DNA from: a virus | Taxonomy: Duplodnaviria; Heunggongvirae; Uroviricota; Caudoviricetes | Strand: one strand, 5' to 3' | Length of the DNA stretch: 26,838 bases | Virus record (IMG/VR): IMGVR_UViG_2537562220_000008 | Shown: positions 1 through 8,360 of the stretch, piece by piece | How the letters are laid out: each line of letters begins with the position of its first letter | Position numbering within the stretch: position 1 is the stretch's first letter | Position numbers and translations under genes: made by a program | The notes under the pieces: generated by a model | Told to the model about the DNA's origin: nothing | What the model saw: the letters and a program-made list of their open reading frames with translations, nothing else | Database searches by the model: none

Positions 1-128
1 GTAAAACAGCCAGCGCTGGCGCGATTTAGCCCCGACATAGCCCCACTGTTCGTCCATTTCCGCGCAGACGATGACGTCACTGCCCGGCTGTATGCGCGAG
101 GTTACCGACTGCGGCCTGAGTTTTTTAA
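1..128 (-). CDS. insB: IS1 InsB' transposase region, 5' part only (truncated by window edge)
   Basis: Position follows from IS1 organisation (insB' entered by -1 frameshift at the A6C motif at 120-128); not listed in the ORF track because it has no stop inside the window. Confidence 0.5.
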
Positions 129-377
129 GTGACGTAAAATCGTGTTGAGGCCAACGCCCATAATGCGGGCTGTTGCCCGGCATCCAACGCCATTCATGGC
201 CATATCAATGATTTTCTGGTGCGTACCGGGTTGAGAAGCAGTGTAAGTGAACTGCAGTTGCCATGTTTTACGGCAGTGAGAGCAGAGATAGTGCTGATGT
301 CCGGCAGTGCTTTTGCCGTTACGCACCACCCCGTCAGTAGCTGAACAGGAGGGACAGCTGATAGAAACAGAAGCCAC
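102..377 (-). CDS. insA: IS1 InsA transposition regulator
   Basis: 91-aa [46 protein letters not shown]... matches IS1 InsA as I recall it; it starts 55 nt inside the IS1 end. Confidence 0.85.
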   Translation of the reverse strand: MASVSISCPSCSATDGVVRNGKSTAGHQHYLCSHCRKTWQLQFTYTASQPGTHQKIIDMAMNGVGCRATARIMGVGLNTILRHLKNSGRSR

Positions 378-432
378 TGGAGCACCTCAAAAACACCATC
401 ATACACTAAATCAGTAAGTTGGCAGCATCACC

Positions 433-1196
433 CAAAGCCCTGACGATCAACATCGACCATTACGGTGGCATTCGGTTTATTGCCTGTCAGATAATAATAA
501 TCAACAACCGTCATACCCTGGGTATATTTCCCCTGTGTTTCCACGCCAACCCAGCGCTCAACAGAGGTAAATAACTCCGGTTTCAACAGCCAGGCGATGG
601 TGCATGGGTCATGCAGTGGTGCGCCGACAAAGCCCCATTTTTCGTCTTTATGATATTCGAGGAAGAAATCCAGCAGTTCGGCAACAATGGTTGAAACAGG
701 GTTGCCAATCGCGCGGAAACGCTCAGTGTCTTCAACGTGGATTTGTGCTTTGTGAGTAACATCCAGACCGGCCATCACCACCGGGATCCCTGACTGGAAG
801 ACAATTTCTGCCGCTTCCGGGTCAACGTAAATATTAAATTCAGCCGCAGGCGTCCAATTACCCAGCCCCATTGCGCCGCCCATAATCACGATACGGGCAA
901 TTTTGCTATGCAGTTCCGGATGGCTATTGAGCAGCAAGGCAACGTTAGTTTGCGGTCCGGTAGACACAATCGTGACAGGTTCCGCACTTTCGCGCAGCGT
1001 TTTCGCCATCAGCTCTACCGCCGTACAGTTTTGCGGTGCGAACGTCGGTTCCGGTAATGCCGGGCCATCCAGACCGCTTTCGCCGTGCACATTGTCCGCG
1101 ATAATCAACTCACGCATTAACGGTTTTACCGCACCGCCTGCTACCGGAATATCGGTGCGATTAAGCAAGGTCAGCATACGCAGAACATTGCGTAAG
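433..1196 (-). pseudogene. rihA: ribonucleoside hydrolase RihA, internal fragment missing both ends
   Basis: ORF 428-1177 ([35 protein letters not shown]...) matches the nucleoside hydrolase RihA from about residue 50 onward as I recall it. The C-terminus is replaced by IS1 (stop lies inside the IS1 repeat); the N-terminal 50 or so codons are absent, with reading-frame identity lost near 1196 and an in-frame stop upstream. Confidence 0.65.
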
Positions 1197-1274
1197 TGAT
1201 GCGCCGCGCGATAAATGCACTCTATCTTGTGCGATAAATGGCATCCACGCGGCGTTTCATTATTTGAAAAAGAA
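1197..1274. other. Prophage terminus (Mu attR-like) with repeated candidate transposase-binding motifs
   Basis: Starts 5'-TG at the point where rihA identity stops; contains direct repeats GCGATAAATG at about 1209-1218 and 1241-1250; lies between the rihA fragment and the invertase stop codon. Confidence 0.5.
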
Positions 1275-1847
1275 TTACATTTCAGGTTGCGTTATGACAG
1301 TCCCAACAGGGTGATAGCGGTAGATCGTTGACAGTCCAATATCATAGATAATTGCCAGCCGCTTTCTGTCATACCCTTTCTGGAGCAATCTTGCGATCTG
1401 CTCATGCTGCTCCTTCGTCAGTTTCGGGCGACGTCCTCCAACTCTTCCTTGTGCTCGCGCAGCAGCCAGTCCTGCCAGCGTGCGCTCAACTATCAGTTCA
1501 CGCTCCATTTCTGCCAGTGCACCCATCATATGAAAAAAGAACCTTCCCATCGGAGTGCTGGTATCGATTGAATCCGTCAGACTGCGAAAATTGACACCTT
1601 TTGCGCGTAGCTCTTCTGTGAGAGCAATGAGGTGTTTCATTCTTCTACCCAACCGATCCAGCTTCCAGACCACCAATGTATCCCCTCTTTTAAGGCACTT
1701 TAAAGCGCGTTTCAGGCCTGGTCGTTCCGACTTGGTTCCGCTCATTTTGTCCTCAAAAATCTGTTCACATCCTGCGCACATTAATGCATTGCGTTGCAAA
1801 TCTATGTTTTGGTCATTTGTTGACACACGTATGTAGCCAATCAGCAT
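1275..1847 (-). CDS. Serine DNA invertase, Gin/Pin/Hin/Cin family
   Basis: 190-aa protein starting [34 protein letters not shown]... with the resolvase/invertase N-terminal catalytic motif (YIRVSTNDQ) and a C-terminal helix-turn-helix region; ATG at 1847 preceded by AAGGGAG. The ORF-track start at 1976 is an upstream in-frame artefact. Confidence 0.9.
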   Translation of the reverse strand: MLIGYIRVSTNDQNIDLQRNALMCAGCEQIFEDKMSGTKSERPGLKRALKCLKRGDTLVVWKLDRLGRRMKHLIALTEELRAKGVNFRSLTDSIDTSTPMGRFFFHMMGALAEMERELIVERTLAGLAAARAQGRVGGRRPKLTKEQHEQIARLLQKGYDRKRLAIIYDIGLSTIYRYHPVGTVITQPEM

Positions 1848-1902
1848 TAAAAATACTCCCTTTTGAGTGGTTAAAGTACTGAGATAATGTGGGGAGGATT
1901 TG

Positions 1903-1928
1903 AGAGATAAACGTTGGTTTGGGGGAAG
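1903..1928. promoter_or_regulatory. Candidate gix/hix-like inversion crossover site (left)
   Basis: Read inward to outward: TTCCCCCAAACC-AA-CGTTTATCTCTC, with the AAACC..GTTT core seen in Gin/Hin sites; sits exactly where homology between the two inverted arms ends. Confidence 0.5.
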
Positions 1929-2113
1929 GCTCTGCATTGCCTGTTGGTGTACCGGTTCCATGGCCCACCGCCACACCGCCAGCAGGCTGGTTAAAGTGCG
2001 ACGGGCGCGCCTTTACAAAAGAACAATATCCTGTTCTGGCCAGAGTCTACCCGACCCTCCGTCTTCCCGATTTACGCGGTGAGTTTATCCGTGGATGGGA
2101 CGACGGGCGCAAA
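1914..2113. repeat. Inverted repeat arm A (about 200 bp), partner of 3331-3530
   Basis: Sequence at 1914-2113 is the reverse complement of 3331-3530 (encodes ...GEGSALPVGVPVPWPTATPPAGWLKCDGRAFTKEQYPVLARVYPTLRLPDLRGEFIRGWDDGRK in both genes); similarity decays beyond about 2113. Confidence 0.85.
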
Positions 2114-2431
2114 GTTGATACAGGACGTAAGTTGCTGTCCGCACAAGGGGCAACGCTGTTAAGAACAGCAATGCTGGATTATTATAACCAGGACACTACG
2201 GGAACCTCGGGGATAGTCGGCATGGGATTCAACAATGAAGATTCCATTACAGACCTTCGTGAGGGCAGCTTTAAAATGCCGGACGGGACAACATTCAGCG
2301 ATCCTGTCGTGGCAATGTCAGACAATGGTATGCAGGCTACTATTCTGACCTCTATCAGAAGCGGGTATGCGAAGGGTATCACTGTCAGACCCCGTAGCAT
2401 TGCACTTAATTACATTGTGAGGGCAGTTTAA
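1919..2431 (+). CDS. Alternative tail-fibre C-terminal cassette (Sv'-like), promoterless in the present orientation
   Basis: Its N-terminal 65 aa are near-identical to an internal segment of the tail fibre (3052-4317); its C-terminus differs but ends with the same NYIVRA motif; directly followed by a tail-fibre assembly gene. Confidence 0.7.
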   Translation: MGEGSALPVGVPVPWPTATPPAGWLKCDGRAFTKEQYPVLARVYPTLRLPDLRGEFIRGWDDGRKVDTGRKLLSAQGATLLRTAMLDYYNQDTTGTSGIVGMGFNNEDSITDLREGSFKMPDGTTFSDPVVAMSDNGMQATILTSIRSGYAKGITVRPRSIALNYIVRAV

Positions 2432-3045
2432 TGAGTAACACTGCAGTTCTGGATGAAAACGGTATCGCCACTGTAGCGGGCGATATCACTGTATATCACT
2501 ATGACGAGGAAACCCGGGAATACACCTCATCCTCTGTGGAGTATCTCGCCCTTGGGGTGGGTACTCCGGCACATTCGTGCGCCGATGCACCGCCGGAGGC
2601 AATTTCGGGTTACGTGGTTTGCCGGACTGCCACGCTGAACGGGTGGGAGCATGTGCCTGATCACCGCGGCGAGACGGTATACAGCACGGAGAACGGTAAC
2701 CCTGTTCTGATTACCCAACCGGGTGATTACCCGGCGGACACCACCACAAAACAGCCAGCCACGCCATGGGATACCTGGAACGGTGAGGCGTGGGTAACCG
2801 ATACTGAACGGCAGCGAGCCGCAGAACTGGAGGTTGCCAGACAGCAACGCCAGCAACGGGTGAAACAGGCGATGGCGTCAGTCGATCTTATCAACCTCAA
2901 ACTGCGTGCTGGTCGCAGTCTGACACCAGAAGAAACGGCAAAACTGAACGCCGTGCTGGATTATATCGACGAGCTGAACGCACTGGATATCAGCACGGCA
3001 CCTGAAATCAGCTGGCCGGAAGCGCCACTGGCACTTGCCAGTTGA
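2431..3045 (+). CDS. Tail fibre assembly protein (Tfa/U-like chaperone)
   Basis: 204-aa protein whose C-terminus (...NLKLRAGRSLTPEETAKLNAVLDYIDELNALDISTAPEISWPE) has the conserved Tfa motif; start overlaps the Sv' stop (TAATG). Confidence 0.85.
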   Translation: MSNTAVLDENGIATVAGDITVYHYDEETREYTSSSVEYLALGVGTPAHSCADAPPEAISGYVVCRTATLNGWEHVPDHRGETVYSTENGNPVLITQPGDYPADTTTKQPATPWDTWNGEAWVTDTERQRAAELEVARQQRQQRVKQAMASVDLINLKLRAGRSLTPEETAKLNAVLDYIDELNALDISTAPEISWPEAPLALAS

Positions 3046-3051
3046 ACGGTA

Positions 3052-4317
3052 TCACGCCGCCCTCACGATATAGTTAAACGCGATATTGCGGGGGCGGGTT
3101 ATGTTAAAGAATGCTCCGTTTAATTCGGCTTTTGCGCGACTGTTTGTTCCACCCAGAATTACGTACCACAAATAATCGCTACGGTAATTCCCCGCAAACA
3201 CCTTATCGCCGCCATAGTCAATATTATTTCCGTTACTCATGTACGAGATATCAAGCGAAGAATCGTTATCGTCATGACCGCCGACCAGTGTACCTTTCTG
3301 CCATGAAAGCAACTTACGCCCCTCGTCAATCTTGCGCCCGTCGTCCCATCCACGGATAAACTCACCGCGTAAATCGGGAAGACGGAGGGTCGGGTAGACT
3401 CTGGCCAGAACAGGATATTGTTCTTTTGTAAAGGCGCGCCCGTCGCACTTTAACCAGCCTGCTGGCGGTGTGGCGGTGGGCCATGGAACCGGTACACCAA
3501 CAGGCAATGCAGAGCCTTCCCCCAAACCAAGGTAATTGAGGACATCTTTTATACTGCCCTTAGCGATAATAGCGCGACCAATAGCTGTAAGGGTTGCCAG
3601 CGCTGCGCGGTCTGCTCCGGTAAAATAAGGCAACCGATCTGCTGCAGTGGCAAGTCCTGCCAGAGCAGTGAGCGTGGCATCTGCCGGTTGTTTTCCGTTT
3701 GCCAGATCGTATGCAGCCTTGACCGCTTTCGGTGTGGCGGCCAGTATTTCAGACGTGCTGTTGATGGCACTGCTCAGTTGTACGGTGCCTTTTGCCGTCA
3801 GCGAGGCAGCAGGCACTCCCGTTATCTGACTCCACGGGTGAGTGTGGCTGACGGGCGCCTTGCCGGCTGCAAGGTCGTATGCAGCCTTGACCGCCTTCGG
3901 CGTGGCAGCCTCAGTTTCTGATTGACTGTCCGTGGCGCTGCTCAGTTGTACGGTGCCTTTTGCCGTCAGTGAAGCCGCAGGCACTCCCGTTATCTGACTC
4001 CACGGGTGAGTGTGGCTGGCAGGCGCCTTGCCGGCTGCCAGGTCGTATGCAGCCTTGACCGCTTTTGGTGTGGCGGCCAGCGTTTCAGAGGTGCTGTTGG
4101 TGGCACTGCTCAGTTGGGTGAACCCCTTAGCTGTCAGTGTCGCGTCCGGGTGGTTACGGGAACGTACGTGTTCAGCCAGTGACTGTGCGGCTTCCTCCGT
4201 TTTCTTCTTCAGCCATTTCGTCCTGTTTGCCAGTTGCCGGGGGCTCGATTTGATATCCCGTCTGCACCACCCAGAACCGGATCTGATGTCTCCAGTTGAT
4301 AGATATTTTCTTCCCAC
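3052..4317 (-). CDS. Tail fibre protein (P2 gpH / lambda Stf-like), currently expressed variant
   Basis: Contains tandem ...LTAKGTVQLSSATDSQSETEAATPKAVKAAYDLAAGK... repeats, a ...DATLTALAGLATAADRLPYFTG... segment and a collar-like C-terminal region ending NIAFNYIVRAA. Start is uncertain: GTG at 4317 has no Shine-Dalgarno sequence; an ATG at 4330 in another frame is a possible alternative. Confidence 0.85.
   Translation of the reverse strand: MGRKYLSTGDIRSGSGWCRRDIKSSPRQLANRTKWLKKKTEEAAQSLAEHVRSRNHPDATLTAKGFTQLSSATNSTSETLAATPKAVKAAYDLAAGKAPASHTHPWSQITGVPAASLTAKGTVQLSSATDSQSETEAATPKAVKAAYDLAAGKAPVSHTHPWSQITGVPAASLTAKGTVQLSSAINSTSEILAATPKAVKAAYDLANGKQPADATLTALAGLATAADRLPYFTGADRAALATLTAIGRAIIAKGSIKDVLNYLGLGEGSALPVGVPVPWPTATPPAGWLKCDGRAFTKEQYPVLARVYPTLRLPDLRGEFIRGWDDGRKIDEGRKLLSWQKGTLVGGHDDNDSSLDISYMSNGNNIDYGGDKVFAGNYRSDYLWYVILGGTNSRAKAELNGAFFNITRPRNIAFNYIVRAA
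3331..3530. repeat. Inverted repeat arm B (about 200 bp), partner of 1914-2113
   Basis: Reverse-complement identity with 1914-2113, as read directly from the sequence. Confidence 0.85.
3517..3542. promoter_or_regulatory. Candidate gix/hix-like inversion crossover site (right)
   Basis: TTCCCCCAAACC-AA-GGTAATTGAGGA; inner half-site identical to the left site, outer half-site different, as expected for the two ends of an invertible segment. Confidence 0.5.
3640..4150. repeat. 168-bp tandem repeats inside the tail fibre gene (about 3 copies, 56-aa units)
   Basis: The motif tacggtgccttttgccgtcag recurs at 3781 and 3949 (168 bp apart); the protein shows three successive ...TAKG(F/T)(T/V)QLSSA...AATPKAVKAAYDLA... 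units. Confidence 0.8.
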
Positions 4318-4345
4318 TTTTCTGTTTCATTCAGGTTTCCCATAA

Positions 4346-4924
4346 TCAACTGCTCCCGTGGTTATAACTGCCATCATGGATGGCGGTATTGTTATAGCGA
4401 ATGGCCACAGACTGATACTCCAGGCTGGCCAGATGGCAGCGGGCCGGTGCAAATGCAGCCAGCGTCTGACGCAGCATCGCGGCCTGATCGTTAGTAATGG
4501 GCTGTTTCAGAATAACGCGATAAACTGCCCAGGCGGCTGCATCTCCATGAACAAACAGTCCGTTATAGCTGCGATTGCCGTCGTAACTGAGACGACCTGT
4601 GCCTTCAATCAGATCCACTTCACCAAAGCCAAAACGGCGGATAACTTCCCGGATTGACCACGGCGTCCCTTTATACCGGTGCAGTTCGATGGCTGCTTTT
4701 ATAAGCATGCGGCGAACATCGTCCGATTCCGCCAGCTCCCAGCCATCGCCAGACAGTGAGAACTGCTCGCCCAGCCATGGCAGCGCGGAACTGTCGACGA
4801 TATCGACGAGAAAGACCATCAGTACGCTCAGGTCGATGTTATCCAGCCGTCCTGCCAGTCTTCCCAGCGTCCTGAGACTGATATCACCCTCAAGCGGTGG
4901 CGGGAGTTGTAATGGCTCAGTCAT
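4346..4924 (-). CDS. Baseplate/tail protein, P2 gpI-like (Mu gp48-like)
   Basis: 192-aa ORF immediately upstream of the tail fibre; start overlaps the stop of the J-like gene; size and position match gpI. Confidence 0.6.
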   Translation of the reverse strand: MTEPLQLPPPLEGDISLRTLGRLAGRLDNIDLSVLMVFLVDIVDSSALPWLGEQFSLSGDGWELAESDDVRRMLIKAAIELHRYKGTPWSIREVIRRFGFGEVDLIEGTGRLSYDGNRSYNGLFVHGDAAAWAVYRVILKQPITNDQAAMLRQTLAAFAPARCHLASLEYQSVAIRYNNTAIHDGSYNHGSS

Positions 4925-6020
4925 CAGACACTCCAGTCATGTTAAGAGTGATTGCCGTACAGTTTGCCCATTCGTTTTCTGCCACCACCCGCAGTGCCGG
5001 TGTCACCAGTTCAACCTGGTACACCCCGGAAACGGACAATGCACTGATAATCTGGCTGGGGACAATATCGCGCCCCAGCGTGGCGGCACGTGATGCCACC
5101 CAGTTCTGTATGGCGCTGTTAGCGGCATCTTTTACAGACCTGGCATCCTGATCACGATAGATCGTAATCCTGGCTTCAATGGTGTAATCCACCTTCACTG
5201 GTGTTTTAGCCCGCACTGTATCAGTGAGTGGCCTGACTTTCTCATCAGAGCAGAAACTCTCTACCAGCGTGAGAACACCGCCGTCCGGCAGACCGGTACT
5301 GAGCAGCGGATACAGATCTACGGTCCCGGGAACCGGGGAAAGCACAGCAACATCGACAATGTTGGGATGGGCCTGCATGGCATGAAAGCGGTATGCGCCA
5401 CGGCTTCCGGCATTGGTGAATGACTCCGGGGCCAGCCTGATACGCTCCCGGAGCCTGTCATCGTCTTCCTGTTCTGAACCGCCGGAACTGGCCGTCAGAT
5501 TGCTCACCAGCAGGTCGACGTTATCAATCTCATCGAGTAACTGACTGACCTGCGCAGGTTGCCAGCCGTTACCAGCGGTACCGGGTTCGGTACAGGTGGA
5601 CGTGACATTGACCAGCAGCAATCCGGCCTTCAGTACCACATCTGTATCGGTGGCAAAAATAACGCTGTCGGAAGCGCTGACGCGGGTGCCTGCCGGGATC
5701 AGCACATCAATGGCCAGTGCCTCATCTACGGAGAACTGGAGCGTGGTGGTGGCAGGCTGCGCGGCAAGACGGTATACACCAACCAGTTCACCGAGGTAAT
5801 CAATCATCGGCTCACGGGCAAAGGCGACCAGATTCTGCTTTGCTGCCTCCTGTACCGCAACCCTGACCAGCATTTCGCGATAGGCCCACAGATCAATCAG
5901 CAGACGTTCTGCCTGTGCCGGGTACAGCGTTTTGCCGGTATCCGCTTCATACTTCGCAATCATTTCTGCCGTAATTTTGTCGGCATCGCGTTCAATAAAA
6001 TCGGGTTCTGTCAGCGCCAT
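4917..6020 (-). CDS. Baseplate wedge protein, P2 gpJ-like (Mu gp47-like)
   Basis: 367-aa ORF between the W-like and I-like genes with overlapping stops and starts; call is by synteny and size. Confidence 0.6.
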   Translation of the reverse strand: MALTEPDFIERDADKITAEMIAKYEADTGKTLYPAQAERLLIDLWAYREMLVRVAVQEAAKQNLVAFAREPMIDYLGELVGVYRLAAQPATTTLQFSVDEALAIDVLIPAGTRVSASDSVIFATDTDVVLKAGLLLVNVTSTCTEPGTAGNGWQPAQVSQLLDEIDNVDLLVSNLTASSGGSEQEDDDRLRERIRLAPESFTNAGSRGAYRFHAMQAHPNIVDVAVLSPVPGTVDLYPLLSTGLPDGGVLTLVESFCSDEKVRPLTDTVRAKTPVKVDYTIEARITIYRDQDARSVKDAANSAIQNWVASRAATLGRDIVPSQIISALSVSGVYQVELVTPALRVVAENEWANCTAITLNMTGVSDD

Positions 6021-6358
6021 AGCAGCTCCTGAGTCCGGGTCTGTCCGTCTGAGCCTTTCCAGCTCACCCGGAGCGTAAGATGTTCGCCGTCGACGGCGGG
6101 GTTAACTGACATAAGCTGGCAGCGGGGCTCCCAGCGCCGGATGGCATCGACGGATTCGCGCACCACATGCGGAATGGCCCGGTCTACAGGCCAGTCGATA
6201 TAAAGATGCAGATTGCTGCCGAACTCCGGGCGATGCGGGTCGCTGCCGCGGGGAGTCCGCAGGATAATTTGAATCGCCTGCCGGATATCATCCAGCCCCC
6301 GGACAATTTCGCCGGGAGCCTGCAGGGCTGGTTGCCAGAATACTGAGGTTGTTTTCAT
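6011..6358 (-). CDS. Baseplate protein, P2 gpW / T4 gp25-like
   Basis: 115-aa ORF (same length as P2 gpW) in the expected position. Confidence 0.6.
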   Translation of the reverse strand: MKTTSVFWQPALQAPGEIVRGLDDIRQAIQIILRTPRGSDPHRPEFGSNLHLYIDWPVDRAIPHVVRESVDAIRRWEPRCQLMSVNPAVDGEHLTLRVSWKGSDGQTRTQELLWR

Positions 6359-6412
6359 GGGGGCAGTATTGCCCCCGTGCGGGAACGCTGATATTAAAGG
6401 CGTTTAAAAAGC

Positions 6413-7009
6413 TCAGTGGGAGTGGTGGCTGGAGTTTTCGCCATCAGACAACATACTGCCCGTGGCATGGGCATTCCCTTTAATCTCGATATTGCCATGG
6501 ATGGTCGCGGTAACACCTTCACCACCAGAACCCGCCATGCCTCCTTCGTAAATCAGCTTACCCCTGACACGCAGATCTCCGGTAAGTTCGGTTTCCGGTG
6601 CGTCAATCGTGGCTTTCTGTGTTTTCAATACCACATCAGCACCACACTCAATGACAATATGCTCAATGCCGCCCCGGATGGTCAGAGTGTGCGTCTTCCG
6701 GTTGTAGCTGTACTCTGCACCATCAGCAAACCGGGTTCCCCGGATATTTTTGTCACTGAACGGTGGTTTATCGACGTCTGAATACACCGCGCCCAGAATA
6801 ACACCATCCTCGCCGTTGGCATCGAGCAGCACCTCAACCTGCTCCCCCACGTCAGGGAGCCAGTAATCTTTGTTATCCTGGGTATTGCGCTGCAGCACGT
6901 TAAGCCAGTTTGTGCGCAGGTTATCGCATTCAGGCAGACGAACGCGGGCCTGAACCCTGTCGGCATCAACGGCACTGACCGTACCGACCTGACGAGTGAC
7001 ACCAGTCAT
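6413..7009 (-). CDS. Baseplate spike protein, P2 gpV-like (Mu gp45-like)
   Basis: 198-aa ORF with a glycine-rich C-terminal region ending in a His-rich tip (SSHHSH); start overlaps the upstream stop (ATGA). Confidence 0.6.
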   Translation of the reverse strand: MTGVTRQVGTVSAVDADRVQARVRLPECDNLRTNWLNVLQRNTQDNKDYWLPDVGEQVEVLLDANGEDGVILGAVYSDVDKPPFSDKNIRGTRFADGAEYSYNRKTHTLTIRGGIEHIVIECGADVVLKTQKATIDAPETELTGDLRVRGKLIYEGGMAGSGGEGVTATIHGNIEIKGNAHATGSMLSDGENSSHHSH

Positions 7010-8160
7010 TTTTTCTTCTCCTTAATCACCGTCGATGTACTGCCATCCGGGTGATAAACCGTGAGTTTCTGAGTTTTTTGTTTTTTCCCTCTTGTGACTG
7101 GCCCCCGTGCCACTTCCAGCTCTGTGGTGTAGCCGCTGTTACGGTCAAACGCATGGCGGGCAGTGGTTATGAGCCATGGCCCGGATAACTGCCCAAAACC
7201 CACCAGTTCAATTTTGTTGCCTGCTGTCAGTTGAGGTGTTCCCGTCAGCGTCAGGGAGCCGTTCTGCTGGTATTCGTTATGTCTGGCCAGTGCTGAATCC
7301 GCTTTAATCCGGGCACTGTCCGGGTCGCTGACGCGGCTGTTAACTTTAAGTGAGTCAGCGCTGGTAACCTTACCACCTTTGAGCTTTTTGTCGCTTTCAC
7401 GGGTACCACCATCAGCTTCGTAGACGATCAGTTTTTTACTGCTGCTTTTCTGGTGTTTTACCTTTGCAGATTTATAGACCCGGTTGATGGTGTCACGCAG
7501 GGAAAAGCGGGCCACATCCTGCGGTTTTAACTGCCTGACCGGCTCCTGACTGCGCAGTGTGGCCAGATGAGAAAAAATCAGCTGGTCACTGACCACTTTC
7601 ACTGCATAACCATACTCGCTGGCCAGCCGGCGCAGAAAACCCACGTCGGTTTCAGCATACTGGGTCACCCGGTCGATTCTGATGGACTCAATGCTGCCCA
7701 CCAGTTTCAGTCGGTGCTTTCTGGCAATCCGCCCCGCAACAGCTGCCAGCGTGGTGTTCTCAAAACCACGACTGGTTTTAGTCCGCAGGGCACTGTTAAC
7801 CGAGGTGGCCACCCCACGGATAGAAACAACGGAAGCGGGCGAACTCACTTCGATCTCGTCTATAGAGAACGTACCGCAGGACAGCAGCTTCTCGCCCTGA
7901 TAGCCCATTTTCAGCGTCAGCGTGTCACCCTTGCCCGGATACCACTTATCCAGCCAGCGGCCATCGGTGTCGTCCAGCTCCACCTCAATGGTATCGGACT
8001 CATTTTTGATGTTATCGCTCCAGGTCACACGGGTGACATAAGGCGCGATATCAGAGGTGATGTTTTTCTGCAGATACCACAGAGTGAACACCGGTGTCAG
8101 CACATCGCTGACGCCGGTTAACGCTGATGTGACTTGCGCAGTGCTGTTTATCTCAGCCAT
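7006..8160 (-). CDS. Tail/baseplate hub protein, P2 gpD-like (Mu gp44-like)
   Basis: 384-aa ORF in the gpD position, downstream of the X-like and U-like genes. Confidence 0.6.
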   Translation of the reverse strand: MAEINSTAQVTSALTGVSDVLTPVFTLWYLQKNITSDIAPYVTRVTWSDNIKNESDTIEVELDDTDGRWLDKWYPGKGDTLTLKMGYQGEKLLSCGTFSIDEIEVSSPASVVSIRGVATSVNSALRTKTSRGFENTTLAAVAGRIARKHRLKLVGSIESIRIDRVTQYAETDVGFLRRLASEYGYAVKVVSDQLIFSHLATLRSQEPVRQLKPQDVARFSLRDTINRVYKSAKVKHQKSSSKKLIVYEADGGTRESDKKLKGGKVTSADSLKVNSRVSDPDSARIKADSALARHNEYQQNGSLTLTGTPQLTAGNKIELVGFGQLSGPWLITTARHAFDRNSGYTTELEVARGPVTRGKKQKTQKLTVYHPDGSTSTVIKEKKK

Positions 8161-8360
8161 GGGGCAATATCCTCTTCTGTACGGGCTTCTTCAGCCTCAA
8201 TCACCGGGATCAGTAACAACAGCCCGGAGGGCAGCACCGGCGTGATGGCCACGTGCGGATTGGCGGCAATAATCCGGGGATAGCCCAGCGGGTCACCGTA
8301 GTACTGCCATGCCAGCGAATCCCAGCGCTCTCCGTCACGGGTAACATGTTCAAGAAACAT
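8148..8360 (-). CDS. Tail protein X-like (P2 gpX family)
   Basis: 70-aa protein MFLEHVTRDGERWDSLAWQYYGDP...; ATG at 8360 overlaps the upstream stop (the ORF-track start at 8363 is a GTG one codon earlier). Confidence 0.6.
   Translation of the reverse strand: MFLEHVTRDGERWDSLAWQYYGDPLGYPRIIAANPHVAITPVLPSGLLLLIPVIEAEEARTEEDIAPWLR

Larger units (their letters stand above)
1..432 (-). mobile_element. IS1 insertion sequence, partial (left terminal inverted repeat at 410-432; rest of element runs off the window start)
   Basis: Reverse complement of 410-432 is GGTGATGCTGCCAACTTACTGAT, which I recognise as the IS1 terminal inverted repeat; the InsA ORF and the A6C frameshift motif (TTAAAAAAC, minus strand, 120-128) sit at the expected offsets. 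Confidence 0.85.

Noticed and set aside
194-406. 70-aa minus-strand ORF inside IS1
   Set aside because: Wrong frame relative to the recognised InsA ORF; IS1 encodes only insA and insB'.
903-1199. 98-aa plus-strand ORF
   Set aside because: Antisense to the rihA fragment; no independent support.
1900-2082. 60-aa plus-strand ORF overlapping the start of the Sv' cassette
   Set aside because: Alternative frame of the inverted-repeat arm; the conserved frame (shared with the tail fibre) is the 1919-2431 one.
5559-6032. Plus-strand ORFs at 5559-6032 and 5596-5799
   Set aside because: Antisense to the J-like baseplate gene in a tightly packed minus-strand operon; composition looks like out-of-frame translation.
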